From sequence record PV806337.1: a stretch of 64,000 nucleotides of DNA; one strand, given 5' to 3'. A program made the position numbers and the translations under genes. Source of the stretch: a phage. Shown piece by piece: positions 1 to 9,517 of the stretch. The notes beneath the pieces are model-generated. The model was given only the letters and a program-made list of their open reading frames with translations, was not told the origin of the DNA and searched no databases. Positions within the stretch are counted from its first letter, which is position 1; each line of letters begins with the position of its first letter.

Positions 1-1754
1 ACTAGGATAGATTTCTCACCCATCTCTAGAGAAGTCTGAAGTGCAACCCAAATACTGGATTCATCAGGGAACTCATAAGCATGAGCTTTTGATAGCATTT
101 TACGGTGATGATTATAAAATGCAACCGGTTTATCAAACTCAATCAAAGAACCATATGCTTCAATTGTTTCTGCACTAATATCCCCATCAGATAATATAAT
201 GATTTTTGCAGTTGCAAGAATATCCCGAAGAACCTGAATACATTCACGACGTTGTTTAACAACCGGGGCGAATAATAGGTCGTTCATTACTGCATCACAT
301 TCATCGATAAAGATTGCATCAATTTGACCAATAAAACTCTTGAACTTATGCAAAGAGTGAATAGTTGTGGACATACGGTCAATAGCACCACGCTTAAAAT
401 TAAGCATATCTACAGACTTATCGTATTGTCCTGCACTAAATTTCTTAGCATTTGAAGATACCAGTGCTCTAGTATTGGTAATTGCTAAAAAATTACCTTT
501 AATAACTCCTGAATCTAACCAACGCACAACCGCCGTGGTTTTACCTGTGCCTAAACTCGCTTTTACAAAAGTCATATAACCTTCTGGTGGCACAGTATTT
601 AGTTTCAAGAAATTATCAGTTTCTAGAGAATTAGTTTCTAGCTTTTTAAGTGGAATACCTTTTAAAATATCGGGTATATCGCGTTTAGAATTATTAACAA
701 ACGCTTTCAGAGCCTGCTTACGACCGTTATTAAAATAATCTTGAATATTACGACTGTTATCTTTAGTTGCGATATATTCTGATAAGGCTGGACGGATTTC
801 TTTTTCTAGCCATGCAAAATCAACACCATCCTCTAATGCTCTATGGTATAGTTTGGGGATAATACGCAAGTACACCCCATCCTCAGCTTCTTCTAGTTCG
901 CTGATAGTTTCCTCTACTTTATCAGAGGCAGCTTTTTTACCTTTAATTTGATCGAGTAAAGAGTAAAACTCCTCCTTAAACTCACCTCTAGTTGTTTCAT
1001 AGTCAACCAGATTATTTGGTAAATTTACTTTAGAACCTTTAACAAATACCAGACGTGAAGCACCCTCCGCTTTAAACGGATCTACTATACCATCGGTAAA
1101 TAACGGATCTGCAAAATAATGGAGCTGTACGGAAGAGTAATAAGCTAAGTCGGCAATATCAAAGCCGTACTTTTGTCTACTACTTTCATTGATAGATGTA
1201 AATAAGAATTTGATTTGACCCTGAGTTACTTTAACATTAGATTCTAGTATTAAGTGCATTCGGATACCTGGTTTTAGCCCAGCCGAAGACGATGCATGAG
1301 CGATAAACCCTGCATCAAGAGGAAACATATCCTCACTAATACTATTTAACATCCTAATAATATGTCGAGCCATGCCAACAAGATCAAACTTGTTACAACC
1401 ACCTGTATCTACAATACCATCCACGTCCATTGCAATTATATGACTTGGGTTAGATACATTAAAGTTGCCCTTCTTACGTCGCACATTATTTTTAGGTGCA
1501 AGACATCGACCTCGTACCGCAACGATATGAGGGTCAGACGTTAAACGTCTCATAAGAGGAAGCATTTCTACTAGGGTTTGAGGATCAACTTCATCAATTA
1601 CATCAAACTTGAAGGGCATTGAGGCTGGTTTACCTTCAGGATGCTTTGAGGAAAATCTTTTAGCAAAAAGATAGTCTTCTGCTTTAACTTCTCGCCAATT
1701 GCCTGTGGCTAAATCGCGATGAAATCCTGCATGACCTTGTAGGATTGAGAACAC
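1..1754 (-). CDS. P-loop NTPase, putative helicase-type replication protein (partial; 3' end beyond window start)
   Basis: Uninterrupted reverse-strand frame from GTG at 1754 (AGGAG 7 nt upstream) to window edge; Walker A GTGKTT and Walker B IFIDECD in translation; absent from ORF track because no in-window stop. Confidence 0.6.
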   Translation of the reverse strand, partial: MFSILQGHAGFHRDLATGNWREVKAEDYLFAKRFSSKHPEGKPASMPFKFDVIDEVDPQTLVEMLPLMRRLTSDPHIVAVRGRCLAPKNNVRRKKGNFNVSNPSHIIAMDVDGIVDTGGCNKFDLVGMARHIIRMLNSISEDMFPLDAGFIAHASSSAGLKPGIRMHLILESNVKVTQGQIKFLFTSINESSRQKYGFDIADLAYYSSVQLHYFADPLFTDGIVDPFKAEGASRLVFVKGSKVNLPNNLVDYETTRGEFKEEFYSLLDQIKGKKAASDKVEETISELEEAEDGVYLRIIPKLYHRALEDGVDFAWLEKEIRPALSEYIATKDNSRNIQDYFNNGRKQALKAFVNNSKRDIPDILKGIPLKKLETNSLETDNFLKLNTVPPEGYMTFVKASLGTGKTTAVVRWLDSGVIKGNFLAITNTRALVSSNAKKFSAGQYDKSVDMLNFKRGAIDRMSTTIHSLHKFKSFIGQIDAIFIDECDAVMNDLLFAPVVKQRRECIQVLRDILATAKIIILSDGDISAETIEAYGSLIEFDKPVAFYNHHRKMLSKAHAYEFPDESSIWVALQTSLEMGEKSIL

Positions 1755-2373
1755 AACAATACTCCTGTGTTGGAAATAAAATAAGTTTTCTTTAGGACTA
1801 TTCAGAAAGAATAGAACAACTGTTACTGTCAATTTCTCAACAAATTAATCGCAAATACTGAAGTGGGGTGGCAACTTCCACTTTCACGCTGCGCTGCTGC
1901 TTTGCTATATCGCACAAATCCTTGAGGATGGCCGCTAAGCCAGATTTGCTCACCTAATGCTTCATATACTAGCTCATACTAGATGCAATATAACTTACAG
2001 AATCACGTCTCGGAGTTTTTCACTCCTCCCATCTCACTTCACAACCACCTCATACTAGGTTGCTTCGAGGCCTTACCAGGGTTCCTATGGGACGCAGATC
2101 GCTAAGTATTCTATTAACTATTTGTTTAAAAACTAACACGTAACAGTTAAAACAACCCTTAATGGGGCAGCCTAACTGTTCCGTATCGCGGATTGTAAAC
2201 AAGAAAAATTAGCAAAATCAATTTTTACTAATGTCTCTCAATTCAATATAAATATTATATCAAGATTTTGGGCATCCTGCAAGTAAAATTTTCCGGATGG
2301 TGCTATCATTGGTCTTGAGTACGGATAAAACCGAGCCAAAATGACTCGGTAATCAGAGTTCAGCTAATAAAAA

Positions 2374-2766
2374 TCATTCATCATTTAAGCCTGGAACATA
2401 AATCCCAACACGGTTTAATTGTTCTTTAGCTTCTTTGAGAATATCTGGAGTGTACTCCCAAATATCATCTTCCACCTGTAAAAGATGGGGCGAACAACCA
2501 TCATCCGACACACGACATATGGCCAAACCACGTGGGTGGAACAAAGAGAAATTTAGGGCAACAATTAAACCCATAGCAGACAACTCATTCCAATCCAACT
2601 CCCATTCCCCCGCGTAGCCGGATAGGAAAACACCAACACAGGGATCATCTATTTGCTGCTCCGGAAAAGTGAAGGAGGCTTGTCTTACCCCCAACCAACG
2701 TTGTAGCAGCTTCTCCGCACGTTTCACCAAACTAGGATCAATCTGACGCCAATATACTTGTTCCAT
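2374..2766 (-). CDS. hypothetical protein, paralog of adjacent gene
   Basis: ORF track 130 aa; shares motifs (GL.VALN..LF.P, I.VPGL C-terminus) with 2776-3204 product. Confidence 0.55.
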   Translation of the reverse strand: MEQVYWRQIDPSLVKRAEKLLQRWLGVRQASFTFPEQQIDDPCVGVFLSGYAGEWELDWNELSAMGLIVALNFSLFHPRGLAICRVSDDGCSPHLLQVEDDIWEYTPDILKEAKEQLNRVGIYVPGLNDE

Positions 2767-2775
2767 TCTGCCTCC

Positions 2776-3204
2776 TTAAGCAGTTAAACCTGGGATCATA
2801 TACCCGAAACGTCGAAGTTTCTGAATCCCCTCATTTACTTCTTCCGGTGAGTAAGACCAACCATAACGTTCATTAACCTGAAAACCAGGAGATTCACTAG
2901 TTTTATAGTTAACAACAAGGCGATGCTTAGCAGGCATAAACAGCTTATAATTTAACGCAAAAACTAAGCCCATTTCGTCTAACTCTTTCCAGCCCACAAT
3001 CTCTTCAAGACCATCCTCTACCTGCACAATTAAACCAATACAGGGGGCCTCATCAATATCATCTTTAAAAGCAAAGGAGATTTCGTTATTCTCACACCAT
3101 ATTTTCAAGGAGTTAATAGCCTCATTATACAGGCTAGCCGGTAGAGTACGCCAAAAGTTAACCAAAATTGGGTTAGCTTCTTTAGAGAATACATTATTGA
3201 ACAT
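2776..3204 (-). CDS. hypothetical protein, paralog of adjacent gene
   Basis: ORF track 142 aa; tandem with 2374-2766 and similar in sequence. Confidence 0.55.
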   Translation of the reverse strand: MFNNVFSKEANPILVNFWRTLPASLYNEAINSLKIWCENNEISFAFKDDIDEAPCIGLIVQVEDGLEEIVGWKELDEMGLVFALNYKLFMPAKHRLVVNYKTSESPGFQVNERYGWSYSPEEVNEGIQKLRRFGYMIPGLTA

Positions 3205-3206
3205 AT

Positions 3207-3713
3207 TTACACCTTAAATTGTTGTAGGGCTTTACACATTTCAAGATCTGGACTAAATTCTAGCATATAGCTAACAGCCATTAAATCTTGAAGATTTATT
3301 CCAGTTCTACCGTTGACTATAACCGTTGGATACTGGTACATCATAGCACCAGCGTCATCCAGAACACACCAATGTTTGAGCTTATGCTTTTCAACGAAGC
3401 GAAGAACAGAATTACCCCTAGATAATCCACCCCCAGTAAAATCCGTTGTACCAAGAAAACGATCGATAAGACCTAATCCGGTCATAATCTGAACGTTCTC
3501 CATCTCATTCCTGACAGAGAACCATGAGGATACTCCAACAATCATTATCGGAGAAGGACGAATAAAGTCCTGAAAAGCCTTGAGAAGCGGTTTGAAAACC
3601 CAATCACTTCCAAAGAAAATCTTTTCGTCATCAGGTGCATGATGGTGGGAGATGCTCGAATTGAGCACCCCATCAATATCTAGAAAAATAATTGGAGTAT
3701 TACTTATTTCCAT
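3207..3713 (-). CDS. HAD-superfamily phosphatase-like protein
   Basis: ORF track 168 aa; N-terminal IIFLDIDGVLN motif (HAD motif I DxDGV). Confidence 0.6.
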   Translation of the reverse strand: MEISNTPIIFLDIDGVLNSSISHHHAPDDEKIFFGSDWVFKPLLKAFQDFIRPSPIMIVGVSSWFSVRNEMENVQIMTGLGLIDRFLGTTDFTGGGLSRGNSVLRFVEKHKLKHWCVLDDAGAMMYQYPTVIVNGRTGINLQDLMAVSYMLEFSPDLEMCKALQQFKV

Positions 3714-3909
3714 TTTTGTTCCTTTCTAAGAACCTATCATACTCAACCGTATCAACATATATAACACCATAGTCATCGGATTTATAGTCCATCTCCCACA
3801 GCTCACAGCGATAGCACCAACTACCATCCGCCCATACAAATATATCATCGGGGTGTGTATACACAGATTTAACTATGGACATACCTGTTTCCCTTGCTTC
3901 TCGACACAT
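3700..3909 (-). CDS. hypothetical small protein
   Basis: ORF track 69 aa, same strand as flanking operon, overlaps neighbours by a few codons. Confidence 0.4.
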   Translation of the reverse strand: MCREARETGMSIVKSVYTHPDDIFVWADGSWCYRCELWEMDYKSDDYGVIYVDTVEYDRFLERNKNGNK

Positions 3910-4705
3910 AAGGTCTACCCTCTAAATGAGCTTCTACACGAGCAATAAAATCAGGATCACTAAAAGCATCTACCGCACCTTTACTCCAGTAAGGGACACC
4001 ACGTTCTTCCAGCTGGTACATCTCACTACGAGTCATACCTTGATAGCCCGGTTCCGCCGCGAGGGCACTATCATAGTAGTTAACTACCATAAATTTCGCA
4101 GCAGTCCTATTAAGAACAGGAAATAATTCCCAGTAGAAGTTAATTACTTGGTTAGAGCAACCAACCACAATGATCATATCTTGACTGGTAATACCATCAA
4201 AAACATTATACATTTCTGCGTATGCAGGAGCATGCTCTCCAAAGAAGATTACATTAGGTTTAACCCATTTATAATCATCTGGATCAATAGAATTGTATCC
4301 TACATCAATAATCCGTTTATTGCTACTATTGTAGCTATCAGCTACAACAACCTCTTTTAAATATCCGTGAATATGCAGAATGTCACTATGTGGAACGCCA
4401 GCACGCTCAATAAGGTCATCAACGTTGGTAGTCAAGTTTACTACTTGACCTGGATATTGTTTATACCATTCACCAATACGCAAATGCGCAAGATTGGGTT
4501 CAACAGTTTTTAGCTCTTCACGACGCTTGTTGTAAAACATATGGGTTTTATGATAAAAATTACCACGAAAGGCATGAATATTACATACTTCTTCTAGATC
4601 ATAGTCATCCCACAATGCTTTACCACTAGCAGTATCAGTACGGAAGGCTCGTACACCACTTTCAACACTCAAACCCGCACCACTAATAATAATTAATCTA
4701 CGCAT
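3869..4705 (-). CDS. Sir2-family (sirtuin-like) NAD-dependent deacetylase / ADP-ribosyltransferase-like protein
   Basis: ORF track 278 aa; motifs GAGLSVESG..FR, TTNVDDL, IHG, VIFFGE, VVGCS match sirtuin core; no Zn-binding Cys pairs seen. Confidence 0.7.
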   Translation of the reverse strand: MRRLIIISGAGLSVESGVRAFRTDTASGKALWDDYDLEEVCNIHAFRGNFYHKTHMFYNKRREELKTVEPNLAHLRIGEWYKQYPGQVVNLTTNVDDLIERAGVPHSDILHIHGYLKEVVVADSYNSSNKRIIDVGYNSIDPDDYKWVKPNVIFFGEHAPAYAEMYNVFDGITSQDMIIVVGCSNQVINFYWELFPVLNRTAAKFMVVNYYDSALAAEPGYQGMTRSEMYQLEERGVPYWSKGAVDAFSDPDFIARVEAHLEGRPYVSRSKGNRYVHS

Positions 4706-4919
4706 TTTTCACCTGTTCTCTGAAGTTTTGCCCAATACTGTCTAATAGCTCAGCTAATTCTTTATTGCCTTTCTCCATTAAGGTATTAGCAATAACTTCT
4801 AGCATAGTAGCGCAGGATTCAACACCATCCTTATAGCCAGTTTCCCACTGCTGCATTAATGCATTTTCCAAAGCGGAGTTTAAACCCTTATCTGGTAGCA
4901 TCGGCTTCGAGAATGCCAT
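4698..4919 (-). CDS. hypothetical protein
   Basis: ORF track 73 aa in co-directional cassette. Confidence 0.45.
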   Translation of the reverse strand: MAFSKPMLPDKGLNSALENALMQQWETGYKDGVESCATMLEVIANTLMEKGNKELAELLDSIGQNFREQVKNA

Positions 4920-5112
4920 AAAGTTTCTCCTCTAGTTCCATAACACGATTTTCATAAGAGGCACGCAACTTTTCAATTGCCAGTGCACGCACTGTAACCT
5001 CATTAGAGTTAATAGCTAATTGGGCCAGATCTTCTGTTTCCATACGTCCGTTGTAAATTAATCGATATTTAAGGTGTTTCACATTCTTAGTCATTATTAA
5101 ACTCCACTGCAA
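4888..5112 (-). CDS. hypothetical protein
   Basis: ORF track 74 aa. Confidence 0.45.
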   Translation of the reverse strand: MQWSLIMTKNVKHLKYRLIYNGRMETEDLAQLAINSNEVTVRALAIEKLRASYENRVMELEEKLYGILEADATR

Positions 5113-5467
5113 CTGTTTCTAGGTCTTCGTCAGAAAAACTAGAGTATACATCTTTAAGATACTGTTTAATACTCCAAGTAATATCTTCGTACCCATTGGG
5201 GCTACGTTGGTATACTTTTAACACTCTATTATACACAAATTCAAGATTACATTTTACTTCATCTCTGTCTTCATCAAACAAGCAATATGGGTTATAAGGC
5301 GATACATCTAGATTTGTTCCCACCCAATCGCCAATAATGGTAGGGTATCCAACACCCTCTATATGCGAGTAATCACCTGTGGCAGCAAAGACAGCCTCAG
5401 CAATATCATCTACACCCAGATGGAAACTACCACATGTAGATTCAACTATATAGGGCTTTAATTCCAT
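5087..5467 (-). CDS. hypothetical protein
   Basis: ORF track 126 aa. Confidence 0.5.
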   Translation of the reverse strand: MELKPYIVESTCGSFHLGVDDIAEAVFAATGDYSHIEGVGYPTIIGDWVGTNLDVSPYNPYCLFDEDRDEVKCNLEFVYNRVLKVYQRSPNGYEDITWSIKQYLKDVYSSFSDEDLETVAVEFNND

Positions 5468-5566
5468 ATCTTTCTCCTCTCAAATTTATAAATCTATTAT
5501 ATATAAATTTTTGGCTGAAAGCAAATAAAATAAAAGCCAGGTCGACTAGCAACCCGGCTGATTAGC

Positions 5567-7414
5567 TTACTTAGCTCGAATATCCTGATGTTTCACCCTG
5601 CCCATAACCTCATGCTGTTTGCCTGGGTTAAATGGACGAGCACCTGGATTTCCAAGATACCCACAAACTCGACGAGTTACTTCAAGAGTTTCGGGGTCAT
5701 GATTACCACAGATAGGGCACTTAAATCCATCTTCGGATGCTATTGTTTCACCTAAGAATCCACATTTACCACAAGAATCCACTGGAGTATTAATACCGAA
5801 GTAATGAACTTTACTAGCAGCATAATTAATAACCCATTCTAGTGCATCTGGGAATCGTTTCATATCCGGTAGTTCTACATAGGAAATACACCCACCAGAA
5901 GCAATCGGAGTAAAGTTAGATTCATAATCAAATTTCACATTGGGAGCAACTTTACGTTCCACATCAAGGTGGTGAGAGTTAGTGTAGTATCCTTTGGACA
6001 GAATATCTTCATGCTCCGGGAAATATTCACGATCTAAACGGCAAAACCTATCACACAGGGACTCTGACGGTGTAGCATACAGGCTATAACCTAACTTAGT
6101 TTCTTCCTTCTTCTGATCGACTCTATCTCGCATGTACTGCAATACACGCTGAACAAACTTGATGCTGGTCTCGGACATTGTGTCTACATCTTTGCCAAAC
6201 ATGAACTGTAGCATTTCATGACAACCAATATATCCTAGAGATACAGAAGCACGGTTATAGAAATGATCGAATACGTATTCATCAGGCTCCAAGCGCAGTC
6301 CAAAGGCTCCTGACATATAGAGGATGGGTGCAGCTTTAGCTTGAATGTATTTTAAGCGATCAACTCTCCACTCCAACGCTTTTAATGCTGTATCCACACG
6401 TAGCTCAAGCAAATCAAAGAATAGATCAATATTTCCTTCAGCTTCGATAGCAATTCTAGGCAAGTTTACAGAAACAACACCTAAGTTATTACGACCTGCA
6501 GTTTCACCATCTTCTGTAGCAGCTAGGAATGAACGGCAGCCCATAGAAACTTTATAGTCACCAGTAACTTCCACAACCTTATCATAGCTGATATAATCTG
6601 GATACATACGTTCAGCAGTACATTTCATAGCTAACTTCTTGATGTCATAATTAACATCCCCTGGTTTCATATTAACGCCATCACGGAGTACAAATACCAG
6701 TTTAGGGAAGATAGCTGTACGCTTATTGATACCTAAACCATCCATGCGTACTTTCAGTATTGCTTTCTGTACTAGACGTGCTTCCCAAGAAGTTCCTAGA
6801 CCAAAACCAAAGGTAATAAATGGACTCTGCCCATTAGAGTTGAACATGGTATTGATTTCATATTCTAAACCCTGACAAGCGTCATAGACTTCTTTTTCAG
6901 TCATCTCCGTAGCCATTACGGATGCTTTGGCTTCATCCTTAGTCCAACGTTTTGCAAACGCATGATTTTTGTCATAAGATTTACGAACATAAGGGGCTAA
7001 TACTTCATCAAGGCGATCTACAGAAGTACCACCATACTGATGGGAGCTAACCTGAGTGATAATCTGAGCAGTAATAGCCGCCGCAGTAGTGATAGAGTTT
7101 GGAGTGCTAATTTCAGCATTACCAACCTTCATACCATTCTTCAACATATCTTCCAGAGCTACCAGGCAACAGTTAGTCATACCTAATGCAGCATAATCAG
7201 CATCATGGAAATGAATATCCCCAATCATATGAGCATTTCGAATCTGAATTGGCATTTCTTCTAAAATCAGATACTTACTCAATTCACCTGCAAGCATATC
7301 CCTTTGTGTAGGGAAACGTTCACTCGGTTTGTTCGCGTTATTAAAAAGTAACTCTTCATTGGCAGATCCCTCAATAATTTCCTTACAATTTCTAATCAAT
7401 TCATCTTTGTTCAT
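5567..7414 (-). CDS. nrdD: anaerobic ribonucleoside-triphosphate reductase (class III RNR)
   Basis: ORF track 615 aa; C-terminal Zn ribbon CGKCG..CPICG and glycyl-radical motif RRVCGYLG. Confidence 0.85.
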   Translation of the reverse strand: MNKDELIRNCKEIIEGSANEELLFNNANKPSERFPTQRDMLAGELSKYLILEEMPIQIRNAHMIGDIHFHDADYAALGMTNCCLVALEDMLKNGMKVGNAEISTPNSITTAAAITAQIITQVSSHQYGGTSVDRLDEVLAPYVRKSYDKNHAFAKRWTKDEAKASVMATEMTEKEVYDACQGLEYEINTMFNSNGQSPFITFGFGLGTSWEARLVQKAILKVRMDGLGINKRTAIFPKLVFVLRDGVNMKPGDVNYDIKKLAMKCTAERMYPDYISYDKVVEVTGDYKVSMGCRSFLAATEDGETAGRNNLGVVSVNLPRIAIEAEGNIDLFFDLLELRVDTALKALEWRVDRLKYIQAKAAPILYMSGAFGLRLEPDEYVFDHFYNRASVSLGYIGCHEMLQFMFGKDVDTMSETSIKFVQRVLQYMRDRVDQKKEETKLGYSLYATPSESLCDRFCRLDREYFPEHEDILSKGYYTNSHHLDVERKVAPNVKFDYESNFTPIASGGCISYVELPDMKRFPDALEWVINYAASKVHYFGINTPVDSCGKCGFLGETIASEDGFKCPICGNHDPETLEVTRRVCGYLGNPGARPFNPGKQHEVMGRVKHQDIRAK

Positions 7415-8072
7415 TAATTATTTCCTCAATAAACCTTGCTACTACTTCTGGCTCAATACTAAAAAATTCTGTAGCACCATCAAAATCTTTATATTGACAA
7501 TTATATTCCTTAAACTGTAAATGGGTTTCTCTCTCAATATGCATAGCTTTTGATCTATCTGAAAAGCTATACTCCTTAAATATTTTTAAATCATGTATGT
7601 TAGAGGAAGTTTTAATATCTCTGAGTCTATCTTTAGTTCTGCTAGACACACCTATTTTGGTTCCCACATTACTTACTAAAATATATACGTTAGTAGGATA
7701 ATTATCCTTCTCTAATAAACATATAGGACAACCAGAATTATGATTTCTAACACTATCAAGTGTAGACTCCCATTTATGATCATTCTCACAGCTGAACATG
7801 ATTTTACTCTTGGAATTGATATATTTACCTTCCATCTTTATTCCACGGGCAGCTAAAGATTCATTTACTTCTTTAAGATCTAAAGTACGGCTAGCACAAT
7901 AAGGGCAACCTCTACCACCTTTTACGTTATCTACTCTAGCCTCCCAACTATGCCCATTAGAGCACTTAAATATAGCCTTGGATTTAGCTGATACATACGT
8001 GCTTAGCATAACTATTCCTCTAGGAGCAAGTGCTAAGTTCACATCTTCTGTAGTTATTTTCTTTCTTACCAT
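7401..8072 (-). CDS. tandem zinc-ribbon + T5orf172 (GIY-YIG-like) domain protein
   Basis: ORF track 223 aa; two repeats with GCPYC/GCPIC; C-terminal YILVSN..KIGVS..R..GATEFF pattern. Confidence 0.6.
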   Translation of the reverse strand: MVRKKITTEDVNLALAPRGIVMLSTYVSAKSKAIFKCSNGHSWEARVDNVKGGRGCPYCASRTLDLKEVNESLAARGIKMEGKYINSKSKIMFSCENDHKWESTLDSVRNHNSGCPICLLEKDNYPTNVYILVSNVGTKIGVSSRTKDRLRDIKTSSNIHDLKIFKEYSFSDRSKAMHIERETHLQFKEYNCQYKDFDGATEFFSIEPEVVARFIEEIINEQR

Positions 8073-8294
8073 TAAATTCTCCTTAATTCACATATTATAC
8101 ATAATTCCACCCCATACGTCAACTACATTTTTCTAATACTATTTGACTTTTGATTTTTATCAATTTTTATTGATGCTATACAGCATAATATCTTTACATA
8201 TAAATAAATGATTATCTAGTATCATATTTCTACCTTTATAAGCAAGTAAATTTTTTATTTAAAAGCAATATCATAGGTTTATTTAAAATTATAC

Positions 8295-8323
8295 TTGCTT
8301 TTTGCTGTAAACCTTGTTATAAT
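8295..8323 (+). promoter_or_regulatory. T5-type sigma70 early promoter (TTGCTT-17-TATAAT) for phoH-nrdA operon
   Basis: -35 at 8295-8300, -10 at 8318-8323, A/T-rich upstream. Confidence 0.7.
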
Positions 8324-8399
8324 ATATTTGTAAGTTGATAAACAAGATCTCTTTGTTGATCCTCTGTTAGAAGCGAAGTACACTATAGGAGTGTTATTT

Positions 8400-9152
8400 A
8401 TGGGAAAAGCACGTCAAAAAAGAGAGAACCGCAATGGTTCAAGAAAGCGTGGCAACAAGTATGAGAATAACGTAATTCAGGCTGATTTTTCTAATGATTA
8501 CGCTAACCCAGTTGCTAAATCCCTAGTAGGTAAAAACCGCGAGCAAAAATCATATATCAATATGATCAAGAACAACACAGTGACTGTGGGCATCGGTGAG
8601 CCAGGTACTGGTAAAACCTTTATTCCGTCCGTTCTTGCAGCTCAGGAACTCGTAGACATTCACTCAGATATTGAGCAAGTGATCCTCGTACGTCCTAATG
8701 AACCTCTAGGTAAGTCTCTTGGTATGCTTCCTGGTGATCTAGCAGAAAAGCTAGAGCCTTGGTTGGAGCCAATAGCTGATGGTATGAAATGGGCCATCGG
8801 CGATCATGCCTATAAGGGATATGTCGAACGTCAGAAAATTAAATTTTTGGCTGTCGAACATGCTCGTGGCAGAACTTTCAACAACTCCTATGTAATTGTC
8901 GATGAAGCTCAGAATATTTCCGTTGAGGCAATGATTTGTCTTCTAACTCGTGTAGGGCAAGACTGCCGTTTAATTATCTGCGGAGATATAGCTCAGAAAG
9001 ACATTAAAGGTGACTCAGGTCTAGCACTCCTTATGGAAGTCTATGAGAAATACGAAAATGCCCCATTCTCAATGATCGAATTGATTGATAACGTTCGTTC
9101 TGTTGAGTCTAAAGCATTCTATGACATCTTTAAAGACATGGGGAAGGTGTAA
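8400..9152 (+). CDS. phoH: PhoH-like ATPase
   Basis: ORF track frame; ATG 8400 with AGGAG 8 nt upstream; Walker A GEPGTGKT and Walker B VIVDEAQN. Confidence 0.8.
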   Translation: MGKARQKRENRNGSRKRGNKYENNVIQADFSNDYANPVAKSLVGKNREQKSYINMIKNNTVTVGIGEPGTGKTFIPSVLAAQELVDIHSDIEQVILVRPNEPLGKSLGMLPGDLAEKLEPWLEPIADGMKWAIGDHAYKGYVERQKIKFLAVEHARGRTFNNSYVIVDEAQNISVEAMICLLTRVGQDCRLIICGDIAQKDIKGDSGLALLMEVYEKYENAPFSMIELIDNVRSVESKAFYDIFKDMGKV

Positions 9153-9153
9153 T

Positions 9154-9375
9154 ATGGGAAACGTCGTTCATCTGAGCCGTAAAACTAAAATACATCGTAC
9201 TTCACTGAGTGCTGCTAATATGATTACACGTAAGGAAGGGGAAGAAAGTCCTAAGACAACCCTAGCGTGGAAAATTGTAACCTCAAATCCAAATAAACCA
9301 TTCAATTATAACGAGTTGAGCACCTCCATAGATATTCTATTAAAAGAAGTAGCTAGAACTAAAGTAATTGAATAA
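9154..9375 (+). CDS. hypothetical protein
   Basis: In-frame ATG 9154 immediately after phoH stop within track ORF 9085-9375. Confidence 0.45.
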   Translation: MGNVVHLSRKTKIHRTSLSAANMITRKEGEESPKTTLAWKIVTSNPNKPFNYNELSTSIDILLKEVARTKVIE

Positions 9376-9517
9376 GCTAAAAAGCTAGACTGGTAATATA
9401 CAGGGCCTGGGTATGAAAATACTCGGGCCTTTTCTATCAGAAAATTTTATTTGCCTAATGACCGATAATAAAGTAGAATATTCCTTAAATCCTGATAACT
9501 ATAAAAAGGAAAGCCAA

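Noticed and set aside
367-1544. Forward-strand track ORFs 367-579 and 1362-1544
   Set aside because: They sit inside the long reverse-strand helicase-like frame that runs unbroken from 1754 to the window edge.
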